Source: an uncultured Opitutales bacterium
Lineage (GTDB): Bacteria; Verrucomicrobiota; Verrucomicrobiia; Opitutales; UBA9783
Assembly (NCBI GenBank): GCA_934691225.1
Contig: CAKUSQ010000001.1
Location: forward strand, 264,927 to 328,926
DNA length: 64,000 nucleotides
Reading direction: 5' to 3'
Positions 1 through 9,550 of this stretch are shown in pieces. Both the position numbers and the translations under genes were made by a program. The first letter of the stretch is position 1, and every line of letters starts with the position of its first letter. The notes under the pieces were generated by a model. The model had not been told where the DNA came from. It was given only the letters and a program-made list of their open reading frames with translations, and did no database searches.

Positions 1-446
1 CTGCCTCCGTTATCATTGAAATGTATGAAAAAGGCATATTTAAAGGTATTGTTTTAATTGAACGCGGTAAAACACCTTTTGGCATGGCTATTCCTGGCGG
101 ACACGTCGAATATGGTGAAAAAGTTGATTACACAGCTCAACGAGAAATGCGCGAAGAATGCAATTTAGAATTAAAAGATTTGCGTCAGTTTAAGGTCTAT
201 TCGTCACCAGATCGCGATCCAAGAAAACATACAATCGATGTTATTCACATTGCACGCGTAGATGACATGATGCCAAAAGCAGGCGATGATGCTGCTAAAG
301 CATTTGTTTATTCTTTAGATCAAATTCCTTGGGATAAGTTAGTGTTTGATCATGCTAAAATCTTAAAAGATTATTTAGCTTACCGAAACGGATCATTCGA
401 TAATACATGTGTTGATTGTTACAAAAAAGTAAACACACAAAATTAA
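1..446 (+). CDS. NUDIX hydrolase, 5' end probably outside the window
   Basis: ORF 21..446 has the Nudix box GGHVEYGEKVDYTAQREMREECNL (GX5EX7REUXEEXGU). The frame stays open back to base 3 (ASVIIE...), so the true start may lie upstream. Confidence 0.75.
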   Translation, partial: ASVIIEMYEKGIFKGIVLIERGKTPFGMAIPGGHVEYGEKVDYTAQREMREECNLELKDLRQFKVYSSPDRDPRKHTIDVIHIARVDDMMPKAGDDAAKAFVYSLDQIPWDKLVFDHAKILKDYLAYRNGSFDNTCVDCYKKVNTQN

Positions 447-468
447 TCCTCCTTTTGATTGCACCCGT

Positions 469-505
469 AAAAGTGAAAGTTTAACACTTTCACTTTTATT
501 TGTTT
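469..505 (+). terminator. Rho-independent terminator after the NUDIX gene
   Basis: Perfect 12-bp stem aaaagtgaaagt / actttcactttt (469-480 / 486-497), loop ttaac, followed by a T-rich tract atttgtttatt. Confidence 0.65.
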
Positions 506-506
506 A

Positions 507-2549
507 TTACACGTAGCACAATGGTAAATCTTCAAAGCTTTCTTCTGGCAACATTTCATAACAACCTGTTGTTTGAATTTGCTTCATCCAATCCAAAACC
601 CCTTGTACTGACATTTCTACTTCTGAAAATTTCAACATAGTTGCTTGTCCATCGCGTCGAACCACCATTAATGTAACTTTTTCAAATAAATTCTGAATTT
701 GTTGACCATACAAGAATAACTGCAAAGCGTGTCCACGACTCATCTGATAGGGCGTAAAAAGATAATGTAACGATGTTTTAAAATCCACAACAACCGCTTC
801 CTTTTCAACTGCATTGACAGCCAAAAAATCGACACGCCCCTTTAAATCTACATGATTTGGCAAAGGCCACTCAGAATACACACACCATTCTTTTTGAAAA
901 AAAGAAGCACAACTATTCGTCATTCTTAAACTCATTGACAATGCACGCTCATGCCACTGCTTTATTAAAAATGGTACATTCAGTTTATTCAAATAACACC
1001 ACATCTGTTCTGAATTTTTTAAAACATTTGCCTTCCAATCATCTACACTTCGCGGCATAAATTTAAACTGTAAATTTTCATGCACCCATTCCCCTATTAT
1101 CTTGGCCTTTAAATAATCATTACTTACGTTCAATGATTGCGTTTTTAGAATCGTTTTTAACCATGTGTTGCGTGGACATAAATAAAAACGTTCCCAATTT
1201 TTACATGAAAAATTAACTCTATTTACAGGCAAGTTTAATGCATTAAAGGGCTGCCGTGTATCTCCTAAAGCATTGAACTCGTAAACCTCCGTACTTGTAA
1301 CTGGATATAAAGGATCTTGCACATCATTTTTATCATTTAACAAGGGTGCACATATTTCTACTTTTGAGGATCTCTGTGCAATTTCCTGTATCCAATGCAT
1401 AATTTTTTGATCTTTAACTGCACTTGCTTTTACTCCATTTAAAAGCAAACAATGACCTTTTATTGGTAAATATTGCGCATCTTTCCAACCTAAAACCCAT
1501 GATTTTTCTTCGGCCTGCATGGTTAATATACGCCGAAGCCCATCAAAAAACTGCGCTTTGCTCAAAATCAAAGGACATTGATATACATCTCCAACTTTTT
1601 TTACAAGTAAAGAAGGCACTTGATCTTTAATACTAGCCCACCATTCAGTCAATGTAGCTTGTTGTGGTTTATTTTCGCACACAAATGGCTCTATCCAATG
1701 TTTTTGTGCAGATTTTAGAAAGTTATAAAGGCTTGCATAATCATCTGTAAAACATTTTTCACTCGCACCCTTTAAATCATTCTGATAATTCTTAAATAAA
1801 GCATCCTCCTGCACAATTATCCGCAAATATATCAAAAAATAACCTAATGTTCCATGCTCTTGCCAATCTAACCAAGCAGCTACTTCAAAATGACATCGAT
1901 GTTTTTGTACCAAAACACTTGTATGAACCGCATGAAGATCAATCACACAAACTTTAGAAAATTTTTCTACATGTTGCGTTAACCAAAAACGCTGCGCAGA
2001 CAGGTTTTTAACAGATATGGTACAAACCGTACTCAAAGTTTCTGCAATATGCACTTTAATATCTTCAAAATCGCGCTTTATAACATAAAACTCATTGCAC
2101 ACAGAAAATTGCTTAATCCATTGGGTAATAACTTCTTTTGGAAAGTCTCCAAAAAACACCAACCGTTCTACAGAAAAAATTGACGGCAATGTCACTTTTA
2201 GAGATGAAATTGTACAAAATTTTTCTACTGCCAACCATTCTTGCCAATTACCTTTAACTGCCTCTGACCACCCTTGATCATTCAAACAAACAGGATCATT
2301 TATCCAAAAACACTCTGGCATCCAATGCATAAATACTTGCGGCAAAGGATTTTGTCCTAATTTTTTTAGCCATTGCGAAGGGGTAAACAAAATTTCTTTT
2401 GGAAATTGAGGCCAAAATGTTAGAAATTGCTCCCTAAAAAATTCATCTGGGACCAAAACAACACTGTTTTTGCATACCACACATTTCTGTAAGCAATCGT
2501 AACATTGCTCTGCGGAATCACATAAAAACACCTTGACCATAACCAACAA
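507..2549 (-). CDS. PD-(D/E)XK nuclease family protein, AddB/RecB-like with a degenerate helicase-like N-terminal region
   Basis: 680 aa. The C-terminal domain shows the Cas4/AddB-type order FSCKNWERFYLCPRNTW, GEWVHENL, GRVDFL, VVVDFKTS (D..D/ExK) and QLFLY (QxxxY). I saw no Walker A motif. Confidence 0.65.
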   Translation of the reverse strand: MLVMVKVFLCDSAEQCYDCLQKCVVCKNSVVLVPDEFFREQFLTFWPQFPKEILFTPSQWLKKLGQNPLPQVFMHWMPECFWINDPVCLNDQGWSEAVKGNWQEWLAVEKFCTISSLKVTLPSIFSVERLVFFGDFPKEVITQWIKQFSVCNEFYVIKRDFEDIKVHIAETLSTVCTISVKNLSAQRFWLTQHVEKFSKVCVIDLHAVHTSVLVQKHRCHFEVAAWLDWQEHGTLGYFLIYLRIIVQEDALFKNYQNDLKGASEKCFTDDYASLYNFLKSAQKHWIEPFVCENKPQQATLTEWWASIKDQVPSLLVKKVGDVYQCPLILSKAQFFDGLRRILTMQAEEKSWVLGWKDAQYLPIKGHCLLLNGVKASAVKDQKIMHWIQEIAQRSSKVEICAPLLNDKNDVQDPLYPVTSTEVYEFNALGDTRQPFNALNLPVNRVNFSCKNWERFYLCPRNTWLKTILKTQSLNVSNDYLKAKIIGEWVHENLQFKFMPRSVDDWKANVLKNSEQMWCYLNKLNVPFLIKQWHERALSMSLRMTNSCASFFQKEWCVYSEWPLPNHVDLKGRVDFLAVNAVEKEAVVVDFKTSLHYLFTPYQMSRGHALQLFLYGQQIQNLFEKVTLMVVRRDGQATMLKFSEVEMSVQGVLDWMKQIQTTGCYEMLPEESFEDLPLCYV

Positions 2550-2574
2550 TTACATTTAATTCTTATAAAGCACA

Positions 2575-3303
2575 ATGACAAGCGAAAAAAAGGACATCGC
2601 CCTTCAAAAAAATAGGCAAGAACATAATGAAAAAACACTTCTGTGGGAATTGTTTTTCAATCTATGTTTGCCCACATTATTTCTCATGAAAGGACACGTT
2701 TGGTTACCTTTATCGCCTAAAGTTTCTTTAGCTATTGCCATTGCTTGCCCACTATCTTATGGAATTATAGACTGGATCCGCGAATCACATTTCAATTGGA
2801 TCTCATTTTTAGGACTTATTAGTATTACTATTAAGGGAAGCGTAGGATTATTTGAAGGATCCAATCATTGGTTAGCCATTAACGAAATGCTGCTTCCAAG
2901 CATCATGGGATGCACATTGATCGTATTAAGAATTTTACGAAAACCTCCATTTTTAACAAAATTTCTCCTAAACAATCAATTTTGTTACGTTGAAAAAATT
3001 AATCAAGCCATGACAGAACGTAAAACCCTAAACCGGTTGCAAAAACATATTATGGTCTATGAGTGGGCTCTAGCAGGCTTGTTTTTTTTCAGCGCTCTTC
3101 TAAATTACGTCTTGGCACGCTACCTTGTCGTACACCCTGCAGGAAGCGCTGAATTTAATCATGAACTAGGACTTCTGACAGGATGGAGCTTTGCTATCAT
3201 TGCTGTACCTGCGACTTTAGGTTTGCTTTTTATTGTATGGCGTTTTTTTGTTCAAGTTAAAAAATTATCAGGTCTATCATGGGAAGAAATTTTAAAAAAT
3301 TAA
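2575..3303 (+). CDS. Hypothetical multi-pass inner-membrane protein
   Basis: 242 aa with several hydrophobic helices (LCLPTLFLM, LAIAIACPLSYGII, WSFAIIAVPATLGLLFIVW). No catalytic motif recognised. Confidence 0.5.
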   Translation: MTSEKKDIALQKNRQEHNEKTLLWELFFNLCLPTLFLMKGHVWLPLSPKVSLAIAIACPLSYGIIDWIRESHFNWISFLGLISITIKGSVGLFEGSNHWLAINEMLLPSIMGCTLIVLRILRKPPFLTKFLLNNQFCYVEKINQAMTERKTLNRLQKHIMVYEWALAGLFFFSALLNYVLARYLVVHPAGSAEFNHELGLLTGWSFAIIAVPATLGLLFIVWRFFVQVKKLSGLSWEEILKN

Positions 3304-3947
3304 AGCTATCATCAAACGGATTCACAATGATAGAAATGTTAGCCATCATTACAATCATTGGCATATTTTCAGGATTTTTATTCCCTTATGGTAGCAAATT
3401 GATACGCAAGGCCAATGTATCTAAAGATGCACATAATTTGCGACAAATTGCATTATCTTATACCACTTTAATGCAAACAAATGAAAATTATCTGTCCGCT
3501 TTTGAAAACATTCGTACCAGTAATGATTGGGCTATTTGCTTAGCTACACAAGGTGGTATCAATGAGAAACAATGCTACTTATCTTCTCTCGGGCCTAAAG
3601 CAACGGGAACACGTATGATTGTAGACAAGTTCAATCGTGTACAGGATGCTTTTCAAAAAGCTTCCCTAAGTTGGATTTGTTTGTGTCCTATCCCCAGTGA
3701 TGCACCTATTGAAACTACACCCTTATTATATTCTTCCGGGTTAGATGCATCTTTAGGACAATGGACCGCAAATAGCCTCTATGGACAAGAAGGCGGTTTT
3801 ATCGTGTATTTAGACGGCCATGTAAAGTTTCATAACAATTTAAAGGATCAACTCATTAACTACCATACGGGACAACCTACATCGTACATTCAAGAAGCTG
3901 TTCCAAAACATACACATGCGTATGACTCAGCTGGACGTGTGTGGTAG
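3279..3947 (+). CDS. Prepilin-type N-terminal cleavage/methylation domain protein (pseudopilin-like)
   Basis: Leader MGRNFKKLKLSSNG followed by FTMIEMLAIITIIGIFSGFL (G-1, F+1, E+5). The C-terminal GGFIVYLDGHVKF motif is typical of the expanded PVC pseudopilin-like family. Confidence 0.8.
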   Translation: MGRNFKKLKLSSNGFTMIEMLAIITIIGIFSGFLFPYGSKLIRKANVSKDAHNLRQIALSYTTLMQTNENYLSAFENIRTSNDWAICLATQGGINEKQCYLSSLGPKATGTRMIVDKFNRVQDAFQKASLSWICLCPIPSDAPIETTPLLYSSGLDASLGQWTANSLYGQEGGFIVYLDGHVKFHNNLKDQLINYHTGQPTSYIQEAVPKHTHAYDSAGRVW

Positions 3948-3987
3948 TTGGTCTTGACAAAAGTTGAGAATTTGCTTTTATAAAAGC

Positions 3988-5358
3988 ATGCAGTTTGTTA
4001 TCGCTGGAGGGGGTGAAGTTGGCCTAGCTATCAGTAAAATACTCTTACGACGCGGTTATAATGTAGCCATTATTGAAAAAAATCCAGATGTTGTTAAAAA
4101 TCTTAGCGAGCAACTATCCGCACATATTATTCTAGGAGATATTACTTTCTTTTCAACTTTGCAGCAAATTGATTGGCCACAAACGAAAGCATTCCTAGCT
4201 ATGACCCAAGATGATGCTGTTAATTTATTGGCCTGTCAATTAACAAAAACACTCGGAGCCCAACGAACGATTTGCCGAATCCACTTAGCTTTACAAAAAG
4301 AAGCTCAAAACTTCAATTATTCATCACATTTTTCTCTTGATAATACCATAAACACACAACACAGTTGTGCTTTTTCCATTGCAAAATTTTTGCGTCCTAC
4401 CCACCGAGTAACTTTAGAACAATACGCTCAAGGTTTTATTGAATTACGTTCTTTAATGGTTGAAGCTAAATCTCCTTTAATTGGAAAAACATTACAAGAA
4501 TTAGCACTTAACCACGACATTCGTATTGGTTTAATTCAACGCAATCAAACCTACTTCATTCCTTCACGTGATACTCTTATACAAGAAAACGATCAACTAA
4601 CCTTAGCAGGGACTAACCTATCTATTTTAAACTTTAGCAAACATTTAAACCCACTTAAAACATTTACACACGTAACACTTTTTTCCGGTAGCGAAGTAAG
4701 TCAAACACTCATATTGCTTCTAAAAAACGCTCGATTTAAAATAAAAATTATTGAAAGTTCATTGGAAACTTGTCAGCAACTATCAGATCAATACCCCAAT
4801 GTATCTGTAATTCATGGAGATGCCACGTTATTACCTGTTCTACAAGAAGAGCAAATACAAACATCTGATTATTTTATTGCTTGCAGCAATGATGATGAAA
4901 AAAATATTATTGCCTGTTTACAAGCCAAAAAGGCTGGCGCTAAACATACAATTCTCTGGGTCAATAAGGAAGAATACGAAGGTGTTTGTGATATTTTAGC
5001 TTCAAAAATCGATGTAGATCACGTCATATCCACTCAAAGTTGTTTGTGGAAAGACTTAGAATCTATGTTATTTCCTCAAAGTATTACCTCTATCGATATT
5101 TTAGGGCAAGATACACTGCATCCTGTAGAAATTCTAGAAATTGAAATTCCTTTTGGTGCAACTATAGAAGGATTACCTCTGCATAAAATTGCACGTCCTA
5201 AAGAATGCATTTTTCTCATTTTAAAACATAAATTTCGCATAAAAGTTCCTTCTGCTCAAGACATATTACTAGGGGGTGATCGCATTGTAGCTGCTATCGC
5301 TTTAGAACATCGAGAGCAACTTATACAACTTCTCACGCATAAAGATTTACCTGCTTAA
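3988..5358 (+). CDS. trkA: Trk potassium uptake protein TrkA (two RCK/NAD-binding units)
   Basis: Starts MQFVIAGGGEVGLAISKIL (GxGxxG Rossmann motif), with a second RCK repeat around HVTLFSGSEVSQ. The track start at 3964 is TTG; the ATG at 3988 is preferred. Confidence 0.85.
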   Translation: MQFVIAGGGEVGLAISKILLRRGYNVAIIEKNPDVVKNLSEQLSAHIILGDITFFSTLQQIDWPQTKAFLAMTQDDAVNLLACQLTKTLGAQRTICRIHLALQKEAQNFNYSSHFSLDNTINTQHSCAFSIAKFLRPTHRVTLEQYAQGFIELRSLMVEAKSPLIGKTLQELALNHDIRIGLIQRNQTYFIPSRDTLIQENDQLTLAGTNLSILNFSKHLNPLKTFTHVTLFSGSEVSQTLILLLKNARFKIKIIESSLETCQQLSDQYPNVSVIHGDATLLPVLQEEQIQTSDYFIACSNDDEKNIIACLQAKKAGAKHTILWVNKEEYEGVCDILASKIDVDHVISTQSCLWKDLESMLFPQSITSIDILGQDTLHPVEILEIEIPFGATIEGLPLHKIARPKECIFLILKHKFRIKVPSAQDILLGGDRIVAAIALEHREQLIQLLTHKDLPA

Positions 5359-5362
5359 ATTT

Positions 5363-6811
5363 ATGAAGCCACTTTATCGGCCCCTTGCTCTGAGTTTTTT
5401 TATCCAAACCATTTGTTTCTCCATTTGTGCATTGATTGGACATCTGGTTTTTGATGAAAATATCACTGATTGGATTCCATCCATCATTATCGCACTGCTT
5501 TTATCCTTTATTTGTTTTAATTGTATAAAGCCGAAAAATTTCCTTTTTACACGCGAAATTCTTTTAACTACTGGTTTACTGTGGCTTACAACCACATGCA
5601 TCGGAACACTTCCCTACCTCCTTATTGCTGATTGCGATTTTTCCACAGCTTTCTTTGAATCAGCATCAGGATTAACAACCACAGGTGCATCCGCTATAAA
5701 TAACATCGAACAAATTCCTCACAGTCTACTTCTTTGGCGTGCTTTATCGCAGTGGTTAGGGGGTCTAGGTTTAGTTATATTTTTCATTCCATTTTTAAAC
5801 CATAACGATAACAGCAATAAAAAACTTTTCCTTCAAGAAACATCGTTTTCTGATGATTCTATAACACTTTTCAATTTACGAAAAAATATTATTTCAGCGC
5901 TCGCTATGTATTTGTTATTAACTATCGTATGCTTTCTATCGCTAATCTATTTCAAAATACCCTATTTTGATGCGTTTTGTCACACTTTATCCACTGTTTC
6001 AACGGGCGGCTTCTCAATTTATACCGGCGGATTACCTTCATTGCATAACGTTTCTGTTGAAAACATATCGATGATTTTTATGTTTTTAGGAGGGATCAAC
6101 TTCTTATTTTTAGCTCAAATATTCACCACAAAAGGGCCATCATTTATTTTTAATCAAGAATTCAGAACCTATATTTTTTTAATCTCTCTAAGTACCTGCA
6201 TTTTCACTTTTTTACTTATAAAAAACAACTTATTTTCTACTTATGAAGCCATTCATCATGCCGCATTTCAAGCTATCTCAATCATTACAACGACAGGGTT
6301 ACATTCTTGCAATTATTCAACGTGGCCATCGTTTGCACTCACACTCATATTGATACTTACATTCATAGGAGGTTGTTCAGGATCAACTTCTGGAGGATTT
6401 AAAATTTTCAGAATCACTGCCCTCTTTAAAATTATTACTACGCAATTTGAAAAAGTTTTTCACCCCTCTATCATTCGATCGGTACGCGTAAACAAGATCT
6501 TGTTGCCCGAAAACAAACAAATAGAGCTTTTACATTTTTTTATAATAAGTATTTTCATTATTTTTATAGGCACCTTAAGCATTCAAGCATCTATGCCATC
6601 TATCGATATTTTAACAGCTACATCTACCATTATTGCATGTTTATCAAACGTAGGTCCTGGTATAACATCCACCATCGGGCCTAATGAAAATTTCGCACAA
6701 TTTACACCTTCTGTAAAATTAATATTAGCCACGATAATGCTGTTAGGTCGTTTAGAAATATACGCTATTTTAGCTTTATTTTCTCGAAAATTTTGGAAAA
6801 ACTTTGAATAA
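5363..6811 (+). CDS. trkH: Trk-type potassium transporter membrane subunit TrkH
   Basis: 482 aa polytopic protein with GLTTTGAS and TGG/GxG pore-loop-like repeats. Lies immediately downstream of trkA. Confidence 0.85.
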   Translation: MKPLYRPLALSFFIQTICFSICALIGHLVFDENITDWIPSIIIALLLSFICFNCIKPKNFLFTREILLTTGLLWLTTTCIGTLPYLLIADCDFSTAFFESASGLTTTGASAINNIEQIPHSLLLWRALSQWLGGLGLVIFFIPFLNHNDNSNKKLFLQETSFSDDSITLFNLRKNIISALAMYLLLTIVCFLSLIYFKIPYFDAFCHTLSTVSTGGFSIYTGGLPSLHNVSVENISMIFMFLGGINFLFLAQIFTTKGPSFIFNQEFRTYIFLISLSTCIFTFLLIKNNLFSTYEAIHHAAFQAISIITTTGLHSCNYSTWPSFALTLILILTFIGGCSGSTSGGFKIFRITALFKIITTQFEKVFHPSIIRSVRVNKILLPENKQIELLHFFIISIFIIFIGTLSIQASMPSIDILTATSTIIACLSNVGPGITSTIGPNENFAQFTPSVKLILATIMLLGRLEIYAILALFSRKFWKNFE

Positions 6812-7848
6812 TGAGCTTTGAAGAAACATTTCGAAATTTCTTACTAAACTGGTTCCAAACTAATGCACGCATTTTACCTTGGCGACAACAACCTTCTTTA
6901 TATAAAACTATTGTTTCTGAGTTCATGCTGCAACAAACTCAAGTAAAAACCGTATTACCTTTTTTCAATCGTTGGATAAAACAATTCCCCACCTTTGAAG
7001 CTCTTGCACAAGCTTCAGAAGAACAAGTGGTGCAAGCTTGGGCCGGCCTAGGTTATTATTCTCGTGCAAAAAATTTACATGCACTTGCCAAAGCATTCGT
7101 ACAAACACCTGCAACGACTTATGAAATGCTTTTAAAACACAAGGGTATAGGAACTTATACAGCTGCAGCCATAGCTAGCATTATCTTTAATGAATCAGTA
7201 GCTGTCGTTGATGGCAACGTCATTCGTGTCCTAGCAAGAATTTTCGAACAAACACAACAGTTTAAAAGCAAAGATGTTGCAATCAAATGGTGCAATACAC
7301 ACGCACAACAATTGCTAGATCCCCAATTGCCTGGCAAATTTAATGAAGCTATAATGGAACTAGGGGCACTTATTTGCACCAAAAACAACCCTAAATGCTC
7401 TCTATGTCCTATAAACAATCTATGCTTAGCTTATAAAAATAATACCGTAGAACAATGCCCTCAATTTATACAAATTTTACGAAAAAAATGCTGTAAACAG
7501 CGACTATGGATCTGTTCACATCAACAAATTTTACTGGAACCTTCACACGTTGGTAAACAATCATTGTTAGAGATTCCAGAGTTTACCCAAAATCGTTCGA
7601 AAGTATTATCGAATATCACAAAAATTTTTATTGGGAAACGCAGCATCAGCACAACGGATTATACTGAAGAAATCTACAAACCCGTAAAATCATTACATTT
7701 AACAACTTTGATTACATTACCTGCTTTTTCCACATGCAAACTTTGCAATATCAAAGATCTTGCACAATATCCTATCTGTGGACCTCATCGAAAATGGATT
7801 CAACAAATAATAAAATTTTTTGATAACTTAGATACAAATTTTTCTTAA
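6811..7848 (+). CDS. mutY: A/G-specific adenine DNA glycosylase MutY
   Basis: LPWRQQPSLYKTIVSEFMLQQTQV, HhH-GPD region GIGTYTAAAIASI, and the 4Fe-4S loop CTKNNPKCSLCPINNLC. Confidence 0.9.
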   Translation: MSFEETFRNFLLNWFQTNARILPWRQQPSLYKTIVSEFMLQQTQVKTVLPFFNRWIKQFPTFEALAQASEEQVVQAWAGLGYYSRAKNLHALAKAFVQTPATTYEMLLKHKGIGTYTAAAIASIIFNESVAVVDGNVIRVLARIFEQTQQFKSKDVAIKWCNTHAQQLLDPQLPGKFNEAIMELGALICTKNNPKCSLCPINNLCLAYKNNTVEQCPQFIQILRKKCCKQRLWICSHQQILLEPSHVGKQSLLEIPEFTQNRSKVLSNITKIFIGKRSISTTDYTEEIYKPVKSLHLTTLITLPAFSTCKLCNIKDLAQYPICGPHRKWIQQIIKFFDNLDTNFS

Positions 7849-8457
7849 ATTTTTAGAGTAACAAAGTATTTTTTTCGACAGACAGAATCGTTGATTAAAA
7901 AACAACTCCAAGTCGAAACTTTGCGTAAATTGTCTTATACTGGATGACAATGTTATCTCTCCACCTGTCCAATATACAACATTACTCTTTGCTGAACGCA
8001 TATTAAGCGATACCCATTTCACAAAAGTTTCAAAATTCACTACCCCTCTTCCAACAATGATATCAAACTTAGCAGAAATATTTTCTAAACGATCACACAC
8101 AACTTCTACATTTTCTAACTGTAAAACCTCTACCATATCTTTAACTGCTTTTACTTTTTTCTGAATAGAATCAAGCAATGTAAAACGAAGTTTAGGATAC
8201 AATATGGCTAAAGGAACACCAGGAATCCCACCACCTGTACCAACATCTAATACACAATCATTTTCATTAAAACAAAGCATATTAATAGCTGGTAACACCG
8301 GTAGAATATGTTTTTCTTTTACAAAAGCAATATCTTTACGCGAAACCAAATTAATTTTTTCGTTCCAAAATGTTAAAACATCACTGTACGCATTTAATAA
8401 CTGCCATTGATCTTCACTAATCGGTGGAAAAAAAGCTCTAAACGATTCCATCAACAC
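7828..8457 (-). CDS. rsmG: 16S rRNA (guanine527-N7)-methyltransferase RsmG
   Basis: WNEKINLVS plus the SAM motif LDVGTGGGIPGVPLAI. 209 aa, typical size. Confidence 0.9.
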   Translation of the reverse strand: MLMESFRAFFPPISEDQWQLLNAYSDVLTFWNEKINLVSRKDIAFVKEKHILPVLPAINMLCFNENDCVLDVGTGGGIPGVPLAILYPKLRFTLLDSIQKKVKAVKDMVEVLQLENVEVVCDRLENISAKFDIIVGRGVVNFETFVKWVSLNMRSAKSNVVYWTGGEITLSSSIRQFTQSFDLELFFNQRFCLSKKILCYSKNLRKICI

Positions 8458-9134
8458 AAAAACCTATCATTGCGAGATTCAACAACATGCGCACGAAAAA
8501 CAGAGTTGCCAGACGCCGAAATTACTTCAAAAGGTGCAAACAGTCGCTTCAAATAAATCGTATTTCCTTCTTTAAAAACTTTACGCAAACAAAACTCACC
8601 AACTGGATCTTCCAATAATACAATTTGACCATCTTCCACCGTTTGATCCTGGATACAATTCATAATCAATACACTTTTTTCACCAAAAACAGAATAACAT
8701 GATACTGGACTCACAATAGCAAAAGAATTTTTATTTAATAATTTTTCTGTTTTTATCCAACGATCTATTTTGCAATTCTCCTTTTCCGAATTAGAAAACC
8801 ATTTACTCAAAAATTTCCAATCTAAAACAGGAATCGTAAGTCCTTTGGTATGCTTCCAGACAGAATCTAAAATAAGCAATTCTTGACCTAATAATTGCTC
8901 CAGACTAATATCAAAAAATTGAGCAACCGCAATTAAAGTACTGATTCTCGGATCGTTTGTTTGTCCTGACAAAAGTCGATTAATAGTAGTCTGAGGTAAA
9001 CTCACACCCCGACACAAATCTGCTTCTGTCATATGCGAATAAGACATCAACTGACGAATCGTCTTCCCAATGCTAAGTGGAACTAGACTTTCACTTATCG
9101 CCTCGAAATCCTTTGCGCTCATCACCATTGGCAA
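8451..9134 (-). CDS. XRE-family HTH regulator with a CI/LexA (S24)-like C-terminal domain
   Basis: N-terminal HTH_3 pattern (IRQLMSYSHMTEADLCRGVSLPQTTINRLLSGQ...ISTLIAVAQFFDISLEQLL). The C-terminal beta-rich half has an S24-like pattern (FAIVSPVSCYSVF...GQIVLLE...LRKVFKEG). The Ser/Lys assignment is tentative. Overlaps the rsmG start by 7 nt. Confidence 0.65.
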   Translation of the reverse strand: MPMVMSAKDFEAISESLVPLSIGKTIRQLMSYSHMTEADLCRGVSLPQTTINRLLSGQTNDPRISTLIAVAQFFDISLEQLLGQELLILDSVWKHTKGLTIPVLDWKFLSKWFSNSEKENCKIDRWIKTEKLLNKNSFAIVSPVSCYSVFGEKSVLIMNCIQDQTVEDGQIVLLEDPVGEFCLRKVFKEGNTIYLKRLFAPFEVISASGNSVFRAHVVESRNDRFLC

Positions 9135-9343
9135 TTAGTTAATGCAAAGTCATTAAAAAAGTAAAGTCTTTTCCTTATCGTAATAACACAAAAATTCAAA
9201 AACGGGTTGTTTTTTAAAATTATTATCATTTTTTGGTTGATTTTTAAAAAAACCTATTCAAAATATGTCTTGTTTTTGTGAAAAAACGTAAGGCCCTTGT
9301 TCTATACAAGGTGTTCGTTAAAAGCAAAGAGTGTCCTACAGTT

Positions 9344-9386
9344 GGTGCGTAGATTTTTGCAAGTGATCTACGCACCTTTCTTTTTT
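9344..9386 (+). terminator. Strong orphan rho-independent terminator (no annotated upstream plus-strand gene)
   Basis: Perfect 11-bp stem ggtgcgtagat / atctacgcacc (9344-9354 / 9366-9376), 11-nt loop, then tttctttttt. Confidence 0.7.
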
Positions 9387-9400
9387 AAGCATTAAAGTAC

Positions 9401-9429
9401 AAAAAAATAAGGCATTATAAAAATGCCTT
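9401..9429 (-). terminator. Orphan minus-strand terminator, back-to-back with the previous one
   Basis: Stem aaggcatt / aatgcctt (9409-9416 / 9422-9429). On the minus strand it is followed by a T-rich run (plus-strand aaaaaaat at 9401-9408). Confidence 0.5.
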
Positions 9430-9550
9430 TCTGAAAGATAAAATAAAATGATTGTATATAATATGACGTAATGAAAATTCAAATGTTCAAAAGTTTTCAA
9501 AAATTCTTTTCTTTCAAAAAAACATTTCCTATGTTATAGGTAATCAAAAT

